DNA of 62,993 nucleotides, counting the filler, from Basidioascus undulatus (Eukaryota), in assembly GCA_000826855.1 (NCBI GenBank). It is 5 parts of 5 records of this genome, joined end to end, with 100 filler letters (N's around TTAATTAATTAA, not from the genome) between each part and the next. Parts side by side here need not be neighbours in the genome. Positions count along the whole stretch, not along the records: positions 1 to 28,913 come from JTLS01000139.1; 4 more parts are not named here. One strand, written 5' to 3'. The notes beneath the pieces were generated by a model that saw nothing but the letters and a program-made list of their open reading frames with translations, had not been told where the DNA came from and made no database searches. The position numbers were made by a program, and so were the translations under genes. Shown here one piece after another: positions 1 through 11,700 of the stretch; the first letter of the stretch is position 1; each line of letters begins with the position of its first letter.

Positions 1-1137
1 GAGAAAGGGGAAGAGGGAGGGGAGAGGGAAAGAGGGGAGGGAGAGGGAGGGGGGAGAATGGGAAGGAGGGAAGGATGAGGGAGGCGAGAGGAAAGCGCAC
101 CTTCTGCAGCATCGGGATGTAGCCGTCGAGCTCCTTGAGCGCGTCCTCGGTGAAGACGCTCTGCATGACGACCTGGACGGTCTTATGCTTGGACTCGATG
201 CCGAGCTCCTTGGCCTTGTTGTAGACCTCGACGCCGGAGAATGACTCCTCGGCTGCGCGGCGCTCCTCGATCCAGAGCCCGAGCTCGTCCTCGGGCGCCG
301 CGCCGCCCTCGTCGTCGCTCCCGCCGCCGAGCACGCGCTCGACGCCCTCAGCGAGCTTCGCCACGCGGGCAGCGACGGCGGCCTCGGAGGTGTCGACGCT
401 CCACTCGTCGTCGACGTTGGCCTGGTCGGCGGTGGGGACGTGTGCGGCGTCGGCGTGGATGCGCTTCGTGAGCTCGTCGTCGCCCTCGAGCTCCTCGACC
501 TCCTGCGTCGCGCGGTTCGCCGCCTCGGCGTGCGCGCCCTTCGTGCCCTTCTTCTTCTTCGGCGGCGGGTTCTTGACGATGAACGTCGTCAGCTTGTGCC
601 GCATGTCCACCGCTGAGCGCTGCCCGCACGCCTTGCAGTCCCGGATAATGTCGTCCGTCTTGGTCAGGATCAAGTCCGTCTCCGGATTCTTGCACGACCC
701 GCAGAGCACAAACTTGTCGATGAAGCCGTCGAGCAGCTCGCGGAGCCGGTCCGCCTGGTGCGCGCCGTTGACGATGTACCGGTCCGTCTTGTCGTCGAAC
801 GTTGTCTGCGCGCCGAGCTCGCACCCGAAGAACTTGGTCGTGTCTACCACAGCCGTCCCAAGTCAGAATGTCGCCGCCGCCACCCACGAGAAATATCTGC
901 AACGCACAGGAAGGAGGACGTGCGAGCGCCCGGGCGACATCAGACATGTTGGGGATGACGGTCTTGATGCCGTTGCCCTTGCCCTCGATCTTGGTCTGGA
1001 GGACAGGCATCCTGTGTGGCGCACGCGTAGCCTGATCAGCCACCGTCCTTGCCCACTCCACAGTCCCAAAGGAATGCTCACTTGTAGCGGTAGAACTTGT
1101 CGTCGACGTCGCGACGGATGTTGACAACCTTCGCCAT
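1..1137 (-). CDS. TIF5: Eukaryotic translation initiation factor 5 (3' end runs off the window)
   Basis: Spliced translation [67 protein letters not shown]...[18 protein letters not shown]...CKACG gives the eIF5/eIF2B N-terminal domain with its zinc ribbon. GT-AG introns are present. ATG at 1137 is in strong context (agcATGg). Confidence 0.97.
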
Positions 1138-1155
1138 GCTGGGCGGATGATAGAT

Positions 1156-1308
1156 TTACTGTGGGCGGCATCCATGCGTGAGCGCGAGCGGCAGACTCGT
1201 CTTCACGAGGGGCAAAAGACGGACCTGATTATTGACCAGATGCGGTATACAAGGCGCGGAGACGGGTCGATCGATCGAGAGGTCCGAAGCGGTAAAGATA
1301 CTCGACAT
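1156..1308 (-). promoter_or_regulatory. Spliced 28-codon uORF with poor-context AUG in the eIF5 5' leader
   Basis: ttcATGt at 1308 lies in a predicted leader exon (1318-1225, AACAG acceptor, CAG|GTCCGT donor). 84 nt are open, then TAA is the first codon of the next exon (1158-1156), 18 nt before the main AUG. Confidence 0.7.
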
Positions 1309-2250
1309 GAACAAGTGGCTGTTCTGAGCGTGTCAAACACGGTAGCACACACAGCTCATCAGCGTCCGTCTTCCCTCTATCCGCCGCCCGCCTCCCCGCC
1401 ACACGTAGCAGTCGACCTACCCGCTTTCTGCTTTAAATCGACTGTAGCACCCCCAATCTATAATCAGCAACCAGATCCAACCTGAGACGAAAGAAGGAGG
1501 GACCCACTGTCCGGCGGAACGGCGAGCTTCGTGCGGAAGGCAGCTGCTGGACGGATTGTGGCGCGGGCAGGGGGGGGCGGAGCGAGGCGTCCGAGGCGTC
1601 CTCTCTCCTAGACTAGATCGTGCAGAGGAGGGTCGGGGAGCGCGCGGTGGGCGTCGAGCGGCGGGCGGGTCAGCGAGTGGCGGGAGACTCGATGAGATGA
1701 GAGGGGGTAAGGGAAGGTGAGGAAGTAAATCGCCGCCGCTTCGGCTCGGGTGGGGGTCCCATTGGGGTTACGGTTGCTGGGAGACTGCATCGCCAAGTTG
1801 CGCTAACTTCTTGTCCAACAATATCGCAACAGAAAATCAAACAAAGTAGAATGGCAATGAGCAGCATTGGCGGCGATCATTCAACGGCTTGGGACGGAAC
1901 TGCACAATTAATCTGCAGCGGGACAGCGAGACGAGCAGCTGCATCAGCTCCATGCGGCACTCTCGCTGACAACAATCGCACGTCTGCAAGAACGGCCCGT
2001 TGGACGAGACTGTACAAGGGCCAATCGCTTCTCAAAGCACACACCTTCGAAGAGTAAGGCATGCACCGAAACGAGTCAGAGACAGCTGCGAGCCATCACA
2101 TTACTATGGTTAGACAGACATCCGCTCAGCCGCGAGACGATCTCCGCCCTCCTCTTTCGCCACCATCCCCGCCGCTGCCGCAGCGCGCGACCTTCCTTCC
2201 CATCGCTACCACCATCTCCTCCCGCTCCAACACCTCTCCCAACCCCAAGC

Positions 2251-3738
2251 ATGAGCGCCCCCGGCCGGATCCGCCCCCCGACCGCCGCCCCCGCGCGCCC
2301 CTCCCCGCTCTCGCGCGGCGCGAGCTCGTCCTTCTTCCCTGGCGACGACTCGTCCGACGAGGACGACTCCGCGGGGCGTGACGAGCTCCTCACGGGCTTC
2401 TCCAAGTCTTCCGGTGCCGAACGGTGTGTCCCTCCTGTTCTCCCCTCCCCTCCCCCAGGCTGTTCAACCTGTTCACGTCTAGTCTCTTTGAATGATAGGC
2501 TCCACAACGCCCCCCGCAAGGACGCCCCGCTCGTGATCCCCGCACAGCCGAACGTCGACTGGCGCGCGCGCAAGAAGGCGCTGCGCTATGTCCCCGATGA
2601 GGAGCAGCGGCGCGCGGCCGCGAGCGGGGAGGGCGAGGAGAAGGCCGAGGAGCGCATGAACGACGGGGAGCAGAAGGCCGGGCTGTTTGTGCGCGAGAGG
2701 CGCACGCGCGTCGTCGAGGACGCGGAGGGCGGGCAGCAGGTCGAGGTCAAGGCGGAAGAGGTCAAGCCCAAAGCGGAAGAGACGCTAGACGAGCGCGCGC
2801 TCCGCGAGCTCCTCGCCGGGGACGCCGGGCCCTCCGCGTCCTCCGATGCCCCGCAGGTCGACATGATCCCCCTCTCCTCCGCGCCCGTGCCCGCCCCGCC
2901 AGGCGTGTCCGACGCGGAAGCCTTCCGGCGCGACGTCTCCTCGCGCGTGGACGAGTCGACGCTGGAGGACTACGCGCGCGTACCGATCGCACAGTTCGGG
3001 GTCGCGCTCCTGCGCGGGATGGGGTGGAAGGAGGGCACGGCTGCGAGCCGCACGCGCTCGGGCCCGACGGAGGCGTACGTCCCCACCAGCCGTCCGGCCT
3101 TGCTCGGCATCGGCGCGAAGCCGAGGCCTGTGGAGGAGCCGCTGCCTGGCCAGAAGGGGAAGGCGAAGAAGGGCGGACAGAGGAGACCGGACATGAAGTA
3201 CATGCCGCTGGTGAAAAAGGAGCGGGAGAGCTCGGGGAGCGCAGTACGTCCTCTCTTCTCTTACTCCACTTCCTCACCCTTCCCTTCCTGTCCATCCTCA
3301 CCCCTGACTCCGCACGCGCCCCACTCCCAGACCCCCCGCTCCCGCTCCCGCAGCCCCGAGCCCCCCACGCGCCGCCTCGCCGACCTCCGCACCTCCTCCT
3401 CCGGTGGGTCGTCCCGCAGCTCGACGCGCAGCCCGAGCCCAGAGCGCAGGCGCGAGCGCAGCGAGCGGGACCGCCGGGACGGACGGTATGAGGACCGCGA
3501 GAGGCGATACGACTCGGACAGGAGCAAACGGCGGGACGGGCGGTACGACGACCGGGACAGGGACAGGCGGTACGACTCGGACCGTGAGCGGGAGCGGCGC
3601 AGGGAGAGGGATGGGGACCGCGACCGCGACCGCGAGAGGGAGAGGCGGTATGATTCCGATCGCGAGAGGCGGTACGATCCGGATCGCGAGAGGGACCGCA
3701 GGAGGGAGAGGGAGAGGGAGAGGGATGGGCGGCGTTGA
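2251..3738 (+). CDS. SPP2: SPP2/MOS2 (GPKOW-like) G-patch pre-mRNA splicing factor
   Basis: PLVIPAQPNVDWR motif, STLEDYARVPIAQFGVALLRGMGWKEG G-patch, RPALLGIGAK, and an RD/RE-rich tail. Predicted introns 2424-2498 and 3244-3330. Confidence 0.9.
   Translation: MSAPGRIRPPTAAPARPSPLSRGASSSFFPGDDSSDEDDSAGRDELLTGFSKSSGAERCVPPVLPSPPPGCSTCSRLVSLNDRLHNAPRKDAPLVIPAQPNVDWRARKKALRYVPDEEQRRAAASGEGEEKAEERMNDGEQKAGLFVRERRTRVVEDAEGGQQVEVKAEEVKPKAEETLDERALRELLAGDAGPSASSDAPQVDMIPLSSAPVPAPPGVSDAEAFRRDVSSRVDESTLEDYARVPIAQFGVALLRGMGWKEGTAASRTRSGPTEAYVPTSRPALLGIGAKPRPVEEPLPGQKGKAKKGGQRRPDMKYMPLVKKERESSGSAVRPLFSYSTSSPFPSCPSSPLTPHAPHSQTPRSRSRSPEPPTRRLADLRTSSSGGSSRSSTRSPSPERRRERSERDRRDGRYEDRERRYDSDRSKRRDGRYDDRDRDRRYDSDRERERRRERDGDRDRDRERERRYDSDRERRYDPDRERDRRRERERERDGRR
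3445..3735 (+). repeat. Coding low-complexity mixed-charge repeat (RD/RE dipeptides, repeated RRYDSDR units)
   Basis: Repeated aggcggtacgactcggac / gagagggag / cgcgac units translate as RRYD(S/P)DR and (RE)n/(RD)n. Confidence 0.85.
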
Positions 3739-5925
3739 GGCCCAGGTGGGATGAGGTGGGATGGGGTAGAGAGGGATTGGGAGGGAGGGAGAGAGAGAGG
3801 GCTGGACTCTTTTAATATATGAAACGCTTCGTCTTGCCTTGGTGATTACAGAATTGCGCGCGTGCACTAGGGTTGATCGGGCGTTTGTCTGCAAGCTGCA
3901 CACGTCGAGTCGTGTCGGACTGTTCGACTGTCGGGGGCCCGCTGTCGTGCCCTCTTGTTCTCGCTTCCGACTCCACCGATGCATGTTGGATGTTCGAAGG
4001 GCGGTAGGAACCCCAGGCTTGAGACGCGACTCGAGCTCGAACTCTCGAGGCACCACGGCTCTGTGGCCTAGGGATCGGTCGGACGTCCAGTTGAAGCTGA
4101 GACTGGTGGCAAGGTCTGAAGTGGGAAAATACTTTTTCTTGAATTTCAGGGTGCAAGTTTTTATATCGCGTCACTGGAGGTGGAAGAGAAGATATCCAAC
4201 GCAACCAGCTTGGTTGGGCCAGGCGATGAAGTCGCACTTGCCCAGGGCTGCCCGATGTTCTCGCCTCGTAAAGTCTGCGCTTTCCACATGCATGCCTGAG
4301 CCCATCGGTCCGCTTCCCCTCCCCTCCCGATCAACTCCACTTACACCCCCGCGGCGGGCACCCTCGACAACATTTTGGGGGGATAGGTTTGGCCAACGTA
4401 GAACAAATGGGGAAATCAAGCTCGGTTGGGATTCAAACCCATGCCCATGTACGAAAATAAGAAGGCGGAGGACCCGGAGGTCGTGCAGTTGACGACCAAA
4501 GAGACGGTGCAGACTTTCCTTCAACACAGAGGTGGGTTGGGAAGGAGCGGGTGATACGGCACGAGGGGGACGGGGTGTTGGTTTCGTGCGGGGATTTTCC
4601 TTGCTTTGGCGGCCGAAAATACAGGCTAAGGTCGCAGTATCTGGTGTGAATACGCGAGGGAGCTGGGCGCTACCGATAGGGAGAAGAAACTGCGTGACCG
4701 TGTGCGTGGACGTTGAGGCCTCCGGTGGGGCATGCCATTTGGAAAGTGCGTAATATCCAGGCTTACAGTGGGTACGGAGGAACTCCTGTAAATTTTGTGA
4801 GCTGCAGTGCTTTGAAGTGCTTCTATCCCGGCAGGCCACATACGACGGGCTCACACAGCGCCCCACTGGGACCACGCTTCCAGACTCAATGCTCAGTTGT
4901 TATTTCGAGATGTTATGAGGGAAATATCATGATTAACTAAAAAATGGTCTGCTTTTCCTTTCTGCTCTTGGACACCGCATGTCTTCTGCTGAACCTGCAC
5001 CAGCGCGCTGCGTTAAGATTTGTCACTACGTCAGTCGACTCCCGCCCTGCACCTGGCTCATGCACCATCACCATCGATTGTAATTCCCATTCGGTACATA
5101 TACCGCCATGTTTAACATGAGTATCCCAGTATCGGCTGGACAAAGGCGGAGCGGTGGACTCGGCGGAGTGAGGGAGCTGTGCGCTGAGCCCAAACAGGGG
5201 GAACACGGCGAAGTAGAGTATGACGCGCAAACAATAGAAATATGACAGTCTCTTTCAGGGTTGCGGACGGATACAAAGGTGTTTGCGTGCTGAAATGGTG
5301 GGCCTTGAGGACGATGCACCGCCTGACGGCGTTGCGGACGAAAGGGTGGCGGGTCAGAGCTGTCACGGCCAGCGGTCTCCTCAGCTGTGCTTTTGTGCGT
5401 CGCAGACCATCTTCAGCTTCGCAGACCATTTTCAGCTTGTGAAATAACCAAGAACGAAACATTGATCAGGAGGAGAACTTTCAAATACCTATTTATGTTT
5501 GCGAAGTCGAAAACAACGTCTTCTTGTACGCGATCGACACGCTAGAAGTTGCTTCAGCGGAGGCTGAACCAGAGAGCTTCTGACCAGCCACACGCTCTGT
5601 CAAGCCGATACTCCGTCACCCGGAGTGTATGCACTCTTTGGATATATGAGCGGGCCGCTATGTCGTCCTCGCATCCCACGGCTTCGGCCTTGGCGGCGGT
5701 GCTCGCCGTCCGCACAACAATGTAAACAGCAAAGACGCGCATTCAGCTTGCTTTCCTCTCGACTCTCGTCTGCTTTGTATCTCTTCCTTCCATCCTTTCC
5801 TACGATCGCCACTCTCGACTACGATTCTCTTCAGACCCACCCACGCTCATTCAGAATACGTATACCGCGCTCGCGGCCGTCTCCACGAACTTCTACACCC
5901 ACCCACAATCGTTCATCGGTGCCTC

Positions 5926-7648
5926 ATGATTCCGACGACACTCCTTCTCTTTGCGCTGGTCGCAACCGTTTCAGCCCATGGTTTCGTCAAAGGTGCGTTC
6001 GGTTCTCTCCACTCCGTTTCAAAGGGGCTTCCTTGATTGGCGTTCTTGTGCTTATTCACCAAGCAGAGGTCACGCTCAACGGCCAGGTCTACACGGGCCC
6101 GTTCCCCTCGTCTGGGCAAGGCGGCCTCGTTCGGCAGATCCAGAACACCAACCCGAACACCGACCCCTACTCGGACGCCATCGTGGTGGGTCATTTCAAC
6201 CATGTTCCATTCGAGCCAATAGCTCAGCGCACGAACCCCTTGTCTTCCCTTGCACCCCCTTAGTGCGGTCTCAACTCGCAGCGCTCGACGGAGTCGCCCG
6301 AAGTCGCTGCGGGATCGCAGGTCGAGTTCTTCTGGGGTGCGTGTTCTTAAAACTAGTGTAGATGCCCTTTGCTTAGCAAACGGGTACTCCAAAAAGACGG
6401 CGGAGACGGCTACAGCTTCTGGCCGCACAACTCGGGTCAGTAGCTGTCAGGCAGCATCACGATGTCTGTCTGAACCGCTGACATTCTCTTTCAGGCCCCT
6501 TGCTCACTTACATGGCGAAGTGCGACGGCGACTGCACGCAACTGGGTGTCGACGCCCTCAAGCAGTTGCAGTTCTTCAAGATTTCTCAAGAGTGCGCGTT
6601 CTTGCTCTCGTATCTCTGTTCGAGACGACAACTGACGTTCCTGGCCGAGTCGCAGAGGTCAGGACGGCTCAGGAGCTTGGGCAGCACAATCGTCGCTCAT
6701 GAACGGCGCGACGGCGAAGACGACCATCCCGTCCGACATCGCCCCGGGGAACTACGTAATCCGCCACGAGCAAGTAGGATCCCGCACCTCATCCTCGATT
6801 TTTTTGACATTCTTCCCTTTTTCAGGATCATCTCTCTCCATCTCGCCGACAACAGCTACGGGGCTGAGTACTACCCTTCATGTTCGACGTAAGTTCCCAG
6901 CTGTCTCCCGAGCGCTAGCGCTGCGTCGATGCTTACGACTGGCCACCATCCTCAGCGTGACGGTGACTGGATCTGGAAACGCCATTCCCTCGGACACCGT
7001 TACGTTCCCGGGCGCATACAACCCTGAGGTCTGTCGTTCCGTCAAATTTATTCTCAACACCATGGAAAGTCGACCTGACAGCGTTCGTGCCTTTGTTCCT
7101 CTTTACAGGACCCTGGGATTCATGTGAACATTGTGTGCCCTGTCCCATGCACTTACACTGGCTTTCAAATGCTTATCACTGCTCCCCTTAACAGTGGAGC
7201 ATGCGCGGCGACTACGTCTTCCCTGGTCCGGCCGTCTACACCCCCGGCAGCGGGGGCAGCAACGGCGGCGGAGGGAACAGCCCCGCTTCGCCCTTCTCGT
7301 CCTCCTCTGCTGGGTCCCGCCCATCCTCTACAGACGCGCAGTTCGACGATGCCGTTCCCACCGCTACCGAAGGGACGGCGTCTCCCTCTGTGAGCGCACC
7401 GGCGCAGTCTGACTCCACCACCTGGTGCGTTTGCGTCGCTCGGCAGGTTGAGCGCGGGGCAGCTCTACTTACCTTCTCATTGGAACATCCTTCATAGCAA
7501 CGTCGGCAGCTATCGGCGCGGGCGCGGTGGTTGGGGCCGGAACCAGCATCGCCGTCGCCGCCTGCCTCGGAGCGCAGCGCCTGAGCCGGCTGCTGCTGCT
7601 GCCCCCGAGGCGCACAATGGGCGTCGCCGCCTCCCTCTTGTTCATTGA
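5926..7648 (+). CDS. AA9 (former GH61) lytic polysaccharide monooxygenase, secreted, multi-exon
   Basis: Signal peptide MIPTTLLLFALVATVSA is followed by His1 (HGFVK). Also [39 protein letters not shown]...GAEYYPSC, VTFPGAY, PGPAVY, then a S/T/A/G linker and an Arg-rich tail. Confidence 0.93.
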
Positions 7649-9265
7649 GAGGCAACGTCCGCATCTCTTCCTGTTTTTTTTTCCTTCTCTGCCGCTTTCT
7701 GCTTCATGCCTGCTCGTTTATTGCCTTGCTCACCTCCTTTTAAGCACTTTGCTGGTCTTGCGCTGTGCGCGTATTTAGTGGACCTGGATGTCCCTGTGGA
7801 CCTGGCGCCCTGTTATTCCCTTTACTCGATATAACTTTTCTATGACCTTGTGTCGACGATGTATCGTGTTGCTTGAACAATAGATTGGCTAGCGGAACCT
7901 GGCGGAAAGAAGAGGACAAGTTGTGGGTACCGTAGACAGTAACCTATTCTTACACAAATTGTACACATAATCTGCCAGATCAAACTCCCCTGTCGGCTTC
8001 TAGAGCATAAGCAAATAGAAACTAATTGGGTTATATCCCGATACTGGGATGATCAGTCACCGCAAAGCCCGATGACATTGCAGACCTCGCGGTTTCTGCC
8101 TCCTCCCTTTACACTAAACTTTCCTTCCCTAACTACCCGGAGGTGGAATTCCATGGGTCGGGCTCGAAATCACGCCAGGACCTCCTGGGCCGGATGCCAC
8201 CTGCGGCGGCGTGTGCGACTCAACGCACGCTGCTGCCGGAGATGCATGAGTTGCTCAGAAGCTGACTTAGTACGAGCGTATGACAAGCTTGAAATCTCTG
8301 AGTTCTTTATTCGATTCAAAAACCATTCCAAAACCATTCCCAATGCTCTCCAATAGCCTCTCCGGGTCCAGTCGTTTATCCTTGACGATCAGATGGCAGT
8401 TGTGAAATTATGTTACCTGCATCTCACCCGCCGGTCCCGAAAAGCATGTGTGGCATTTTAATGCCGGAAGTCCATCTATAGTACCCCCATTGCTGTACAG
8501 GGCACTGAACTCGAAGGTATGAAGGCCCTGTTCGAGGGTCGTGCCGAGACGAGCTGCGGTGTCAAGCGTCGGCCATTTGGTCACCACCAGAAACCTTCGA
8601 CTTGCTTTCGCTGTCTGTAGGTATGTGCTAGCATGAAGATGGATATGCCGTCCACAGGCACATCGGGGAGTCTGCGATCACAATACGCCGGTCAGGACTG
8701 TAGGAGCTCTTGCGTTGATCGGCGAATATGGCTCTCGTGAGAGTGTCTACGAGTATACCCTGATTATAGGCCTCATTTGCTGTATAATGACGAGCGCTTC
8801 AGACTCCTTCGGCGAGGAGGTCAACGAGCGGACATGGGTGGTGCCGCGGCTTCCCCTGTCTTGTGTCGTTTCCGTGCAGCGTGCAGAAAAGGACCACCCC
8901 AACTATAGGTCCCCTGCCTTTGAAATTAAGGAATTAATTGTATGAGGCCGATCTTGGCGGGCACGCGTATGTGAACAGGGCGCCAGGAGCATGCTACATC
9001 AAAAAGGCAGCACGTCCAGTGCGTCGCTTCGTGAATCCCCTCGATGCCTACCGGTAGCCTCTTCTCACACAAGGGTACTGGCTGCTGCCCTCCGCAGCAG
9101 GTCCTTTCGACCCGCTTCTAGGTTCAGGCGGTGAGAGAATCTCAACCTTTACGACGGACCCAAGGTGCTCATCATAATCGCGCTCATTAACAGCACAAAC
9201 CTCGCCGATCGTTTCACAAAACCCATCGAATTTCTCAACACACCGACTTTCCTTACACAAGCACA

Positions 9266-10803
9266 ATGATCTCGACTATCGTGCTTCTTTCAGCGCTGGC
9301 CGCATAGGCTTCGGCTCATGGGTTTGTCAAAGGCACGTCCCATCTCGGCCGGTTGTGCTTCAGCATCAGACCTGCTCCATTTCTTAGAAAGTTTGGTTGA
9401 CTGAACCGGAACCTTAACCCCACGCACGAGCTCCTTCTTACCCGCTTCTCCTTCGTGGCGTTCAATGAGCAGAGGTCACGCTCAACGGTCAGGTTCACAC
9501 TGGACCTTTCCCTTCGTCCGGGTCAGGCGGCCTTGTGCGCGAAATTCAGAGCATCGACCCCATTAGCGATGTCTCCTCAGACCCCATTGTGGTAAGACAA
9601 CTCCATACTGACAGTGGCAACCAGATGAGTCACGCTCACAGATGCTACTTAATTCTCGTCGTAACCAGTGCGGTCGAAGGCCTCGACGGAGTCCCCCAAC
9701 GTAGCTGCCGGACCGCAAGTTGAATTCTACTGGGGTGCATTTCAGCCCTTCGAAGTGTCTGATTTTGGTACTTTAACTTTGTCCTGACGGAATGCACTAT
9801 AGATGCCGGGATGGCACCAGCCTGTGGCCTCACAACATTAGTAATCATTCCCCTTCGTGATTTACGAGACACCTCTAACAAGCCGTGCCATAAATTAATG
9901 GTTCAGATCCCCTTCTGACGTACATGGCTAAATGCGACGGGGACTGCACTCATCTCGATGTCGGCGCCCTCAAGAAGCTGCAGTTCTTCAAGATTTCTCA
10001 GGAGTGCGTAGCTTATGCCCTCTTGGAGCGCCTCTTGAAATTTAACTCATATAACCTATGCTTCTTTGTAGAGGATAAGATGCCTCCGGTTCTTGGGCCG
10101 CTCAGGAAGCGCTCACGACTGGCGCCACTTCGAAGCCTACCATCCCTGCCGACATTAGCCCGGGCAACTACATCATTCGTCATGCGGTACTACCAATTGC
10201 TAGTTTCTTAAATTCCATTGCCATTAAATATACTCTCTCTCAGATTATCTCACCCCATGAAGCCGACAATGTCGGTTGGGCGCAGTTCTATCCCTCGTGC
10301 TCAAGGTGCGCTTATGACCGCTGCAGACCTTTGGTTGCCGCTGGGTCGTGTGCTGAACACCAAGAAAATTTCAGCGTAACTGTCACAGGATCTGGAAGTT
10401 CTTCGCCTTCGGACACTGTTACGTTCCCGGGCGCATACAGCTTAGAGGTGAGTCGAGATATGTGTTGCCGCTTTTAAACATCTAAGCAAATGCACGTTTT
10501 AATTCTCTGCCCCGTGCAGGACCCCTGCATCCATGTCAATGCGGTATGATATACCTCTTTTAAAGACCTGCCCCTTTTTTGATCGCGGTCATTTGACAGT
10601 GGGACCTCAAAGGAAACTACGCCTTCCCTGGGCCGGCGGTCTTTTCCAGCGGCAGCGATGGCGGAACTCAGCGCCAGTGGCCATCATGGGCGCCGGACCG
10701 CCCTCAATTGGAGCGTACCTCTCCGACACTGAAAACAATATTGATGCATTACTCGCTTGGCCGGCTCACAAGGCCCGCTCATTGTATCCCCCGTATTGAT
10801 TGA
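9266..10803 (+). pseudogene. AA9 LPMO tandem paralogue, pseudogene
   Basis: Same exon order as the 5926 gene (HGFVK, EVTLNGQV, YMAKCDGDC, AQFYPSC, VTFPGAY). It carries an in-frame TAG at 9305-9307 in the signal peptide, a 7-nt deletion in exon 3 (about 9676-9683) and a 1-nt deletion in the WPHN exon (about 9805-9810). The 3' end is approximate. Confidence 0.88.
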
Positions 10804-11700
10804 TGCACTTCCTTTTTTCGCGCCTGGTGCGCTACGAGTATCTCTACCTCGATGAATGGAGAATGTGATTTATCACCATTTGATGGATACAATACCTCAG
10901 AGCAAACTTGGTACTGTCGTTCTTTGCGGTATCGTCTTCTGAAAATGCGGGCTACATTTGCATGAAACAGACGCAGGTCGTCCAAACAGGGTTTGTAACC
11001 GCCCAACCGGCGTTTGACCGCTCCTCATATTTTTCAGTCCCAGGACGTTGGGTCTAGGTACCCGATCCTATAAGTCCCGAACAAACGCCAACCCTCGACT
11101 GGTTGCGAAAGACTGGTCGGGGGATGGTAGGGGAACTGGCGCAGGGCACCGAGGAATGTGAGTTTTCGAGGTTCATGCTACAAACCAGTCAGACCTTGCG
11201 GTGACCTGCATGACTGCACCATGTCTCAACATATTTGGTCGAACGTCATTATTCCTTCTCTTGACGAAATCCTACGGTCAATCCGAGGAGAGGCTAACAT
11301 TCCACGCCCCCCCCCCCTGGCAACTGACCCGGCTACGCAGCGGCAGCACATAGGTCTAGACAAGTCATGACCTTGTTTTGTAATGTGTTTCCAGAAGAGA
11401 GCCAGGCAAGGCCAGCTCAGCATCTGATACGTTTTCTGTGCATGTGGCAGGAGCTTCTCGAACTGAAACCCCCGCGCCATAGCATGATGATCGACATCGT
11501 ATGTATGTGCTCGCATGAAGAATAGAAGCTTGTCTGATGCAGCTATCGTTTGAAGTGATCGCTTGCGTATTAAACTTCATTTGACTTACAGCTCATTCGC
11601 ACTTTCCTCGACTCTTTCGAGGCAGACAGCATTCAAGGGTTAGCTTAGGCGGATATTCATGACGCGAGGCCTTCCATCCTTCCATCCCCTCCTCTATGGA

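Noticed and set aside
1..95. Pure purine tract (GA-rich)
   Set aside because: It is the pyrimidine-rich intron of eIF5 read on the opposite strand, and similar tracts occur in many introns in this window.
3445..3735. Repeated units as a CRISPR-like or satellite array
   Set aside because: The units are irregular and in frame, encoding the RD/RE-rich protein tail of a eukaryotic gene.
4415..4470. Minus-strand GGGTTTGAATCCCA, a T-loop-like motif
   Set aside because: It lacks the invariant C56, and no A box, D-arm or acceptor partner was found on either side, including in permuted order.
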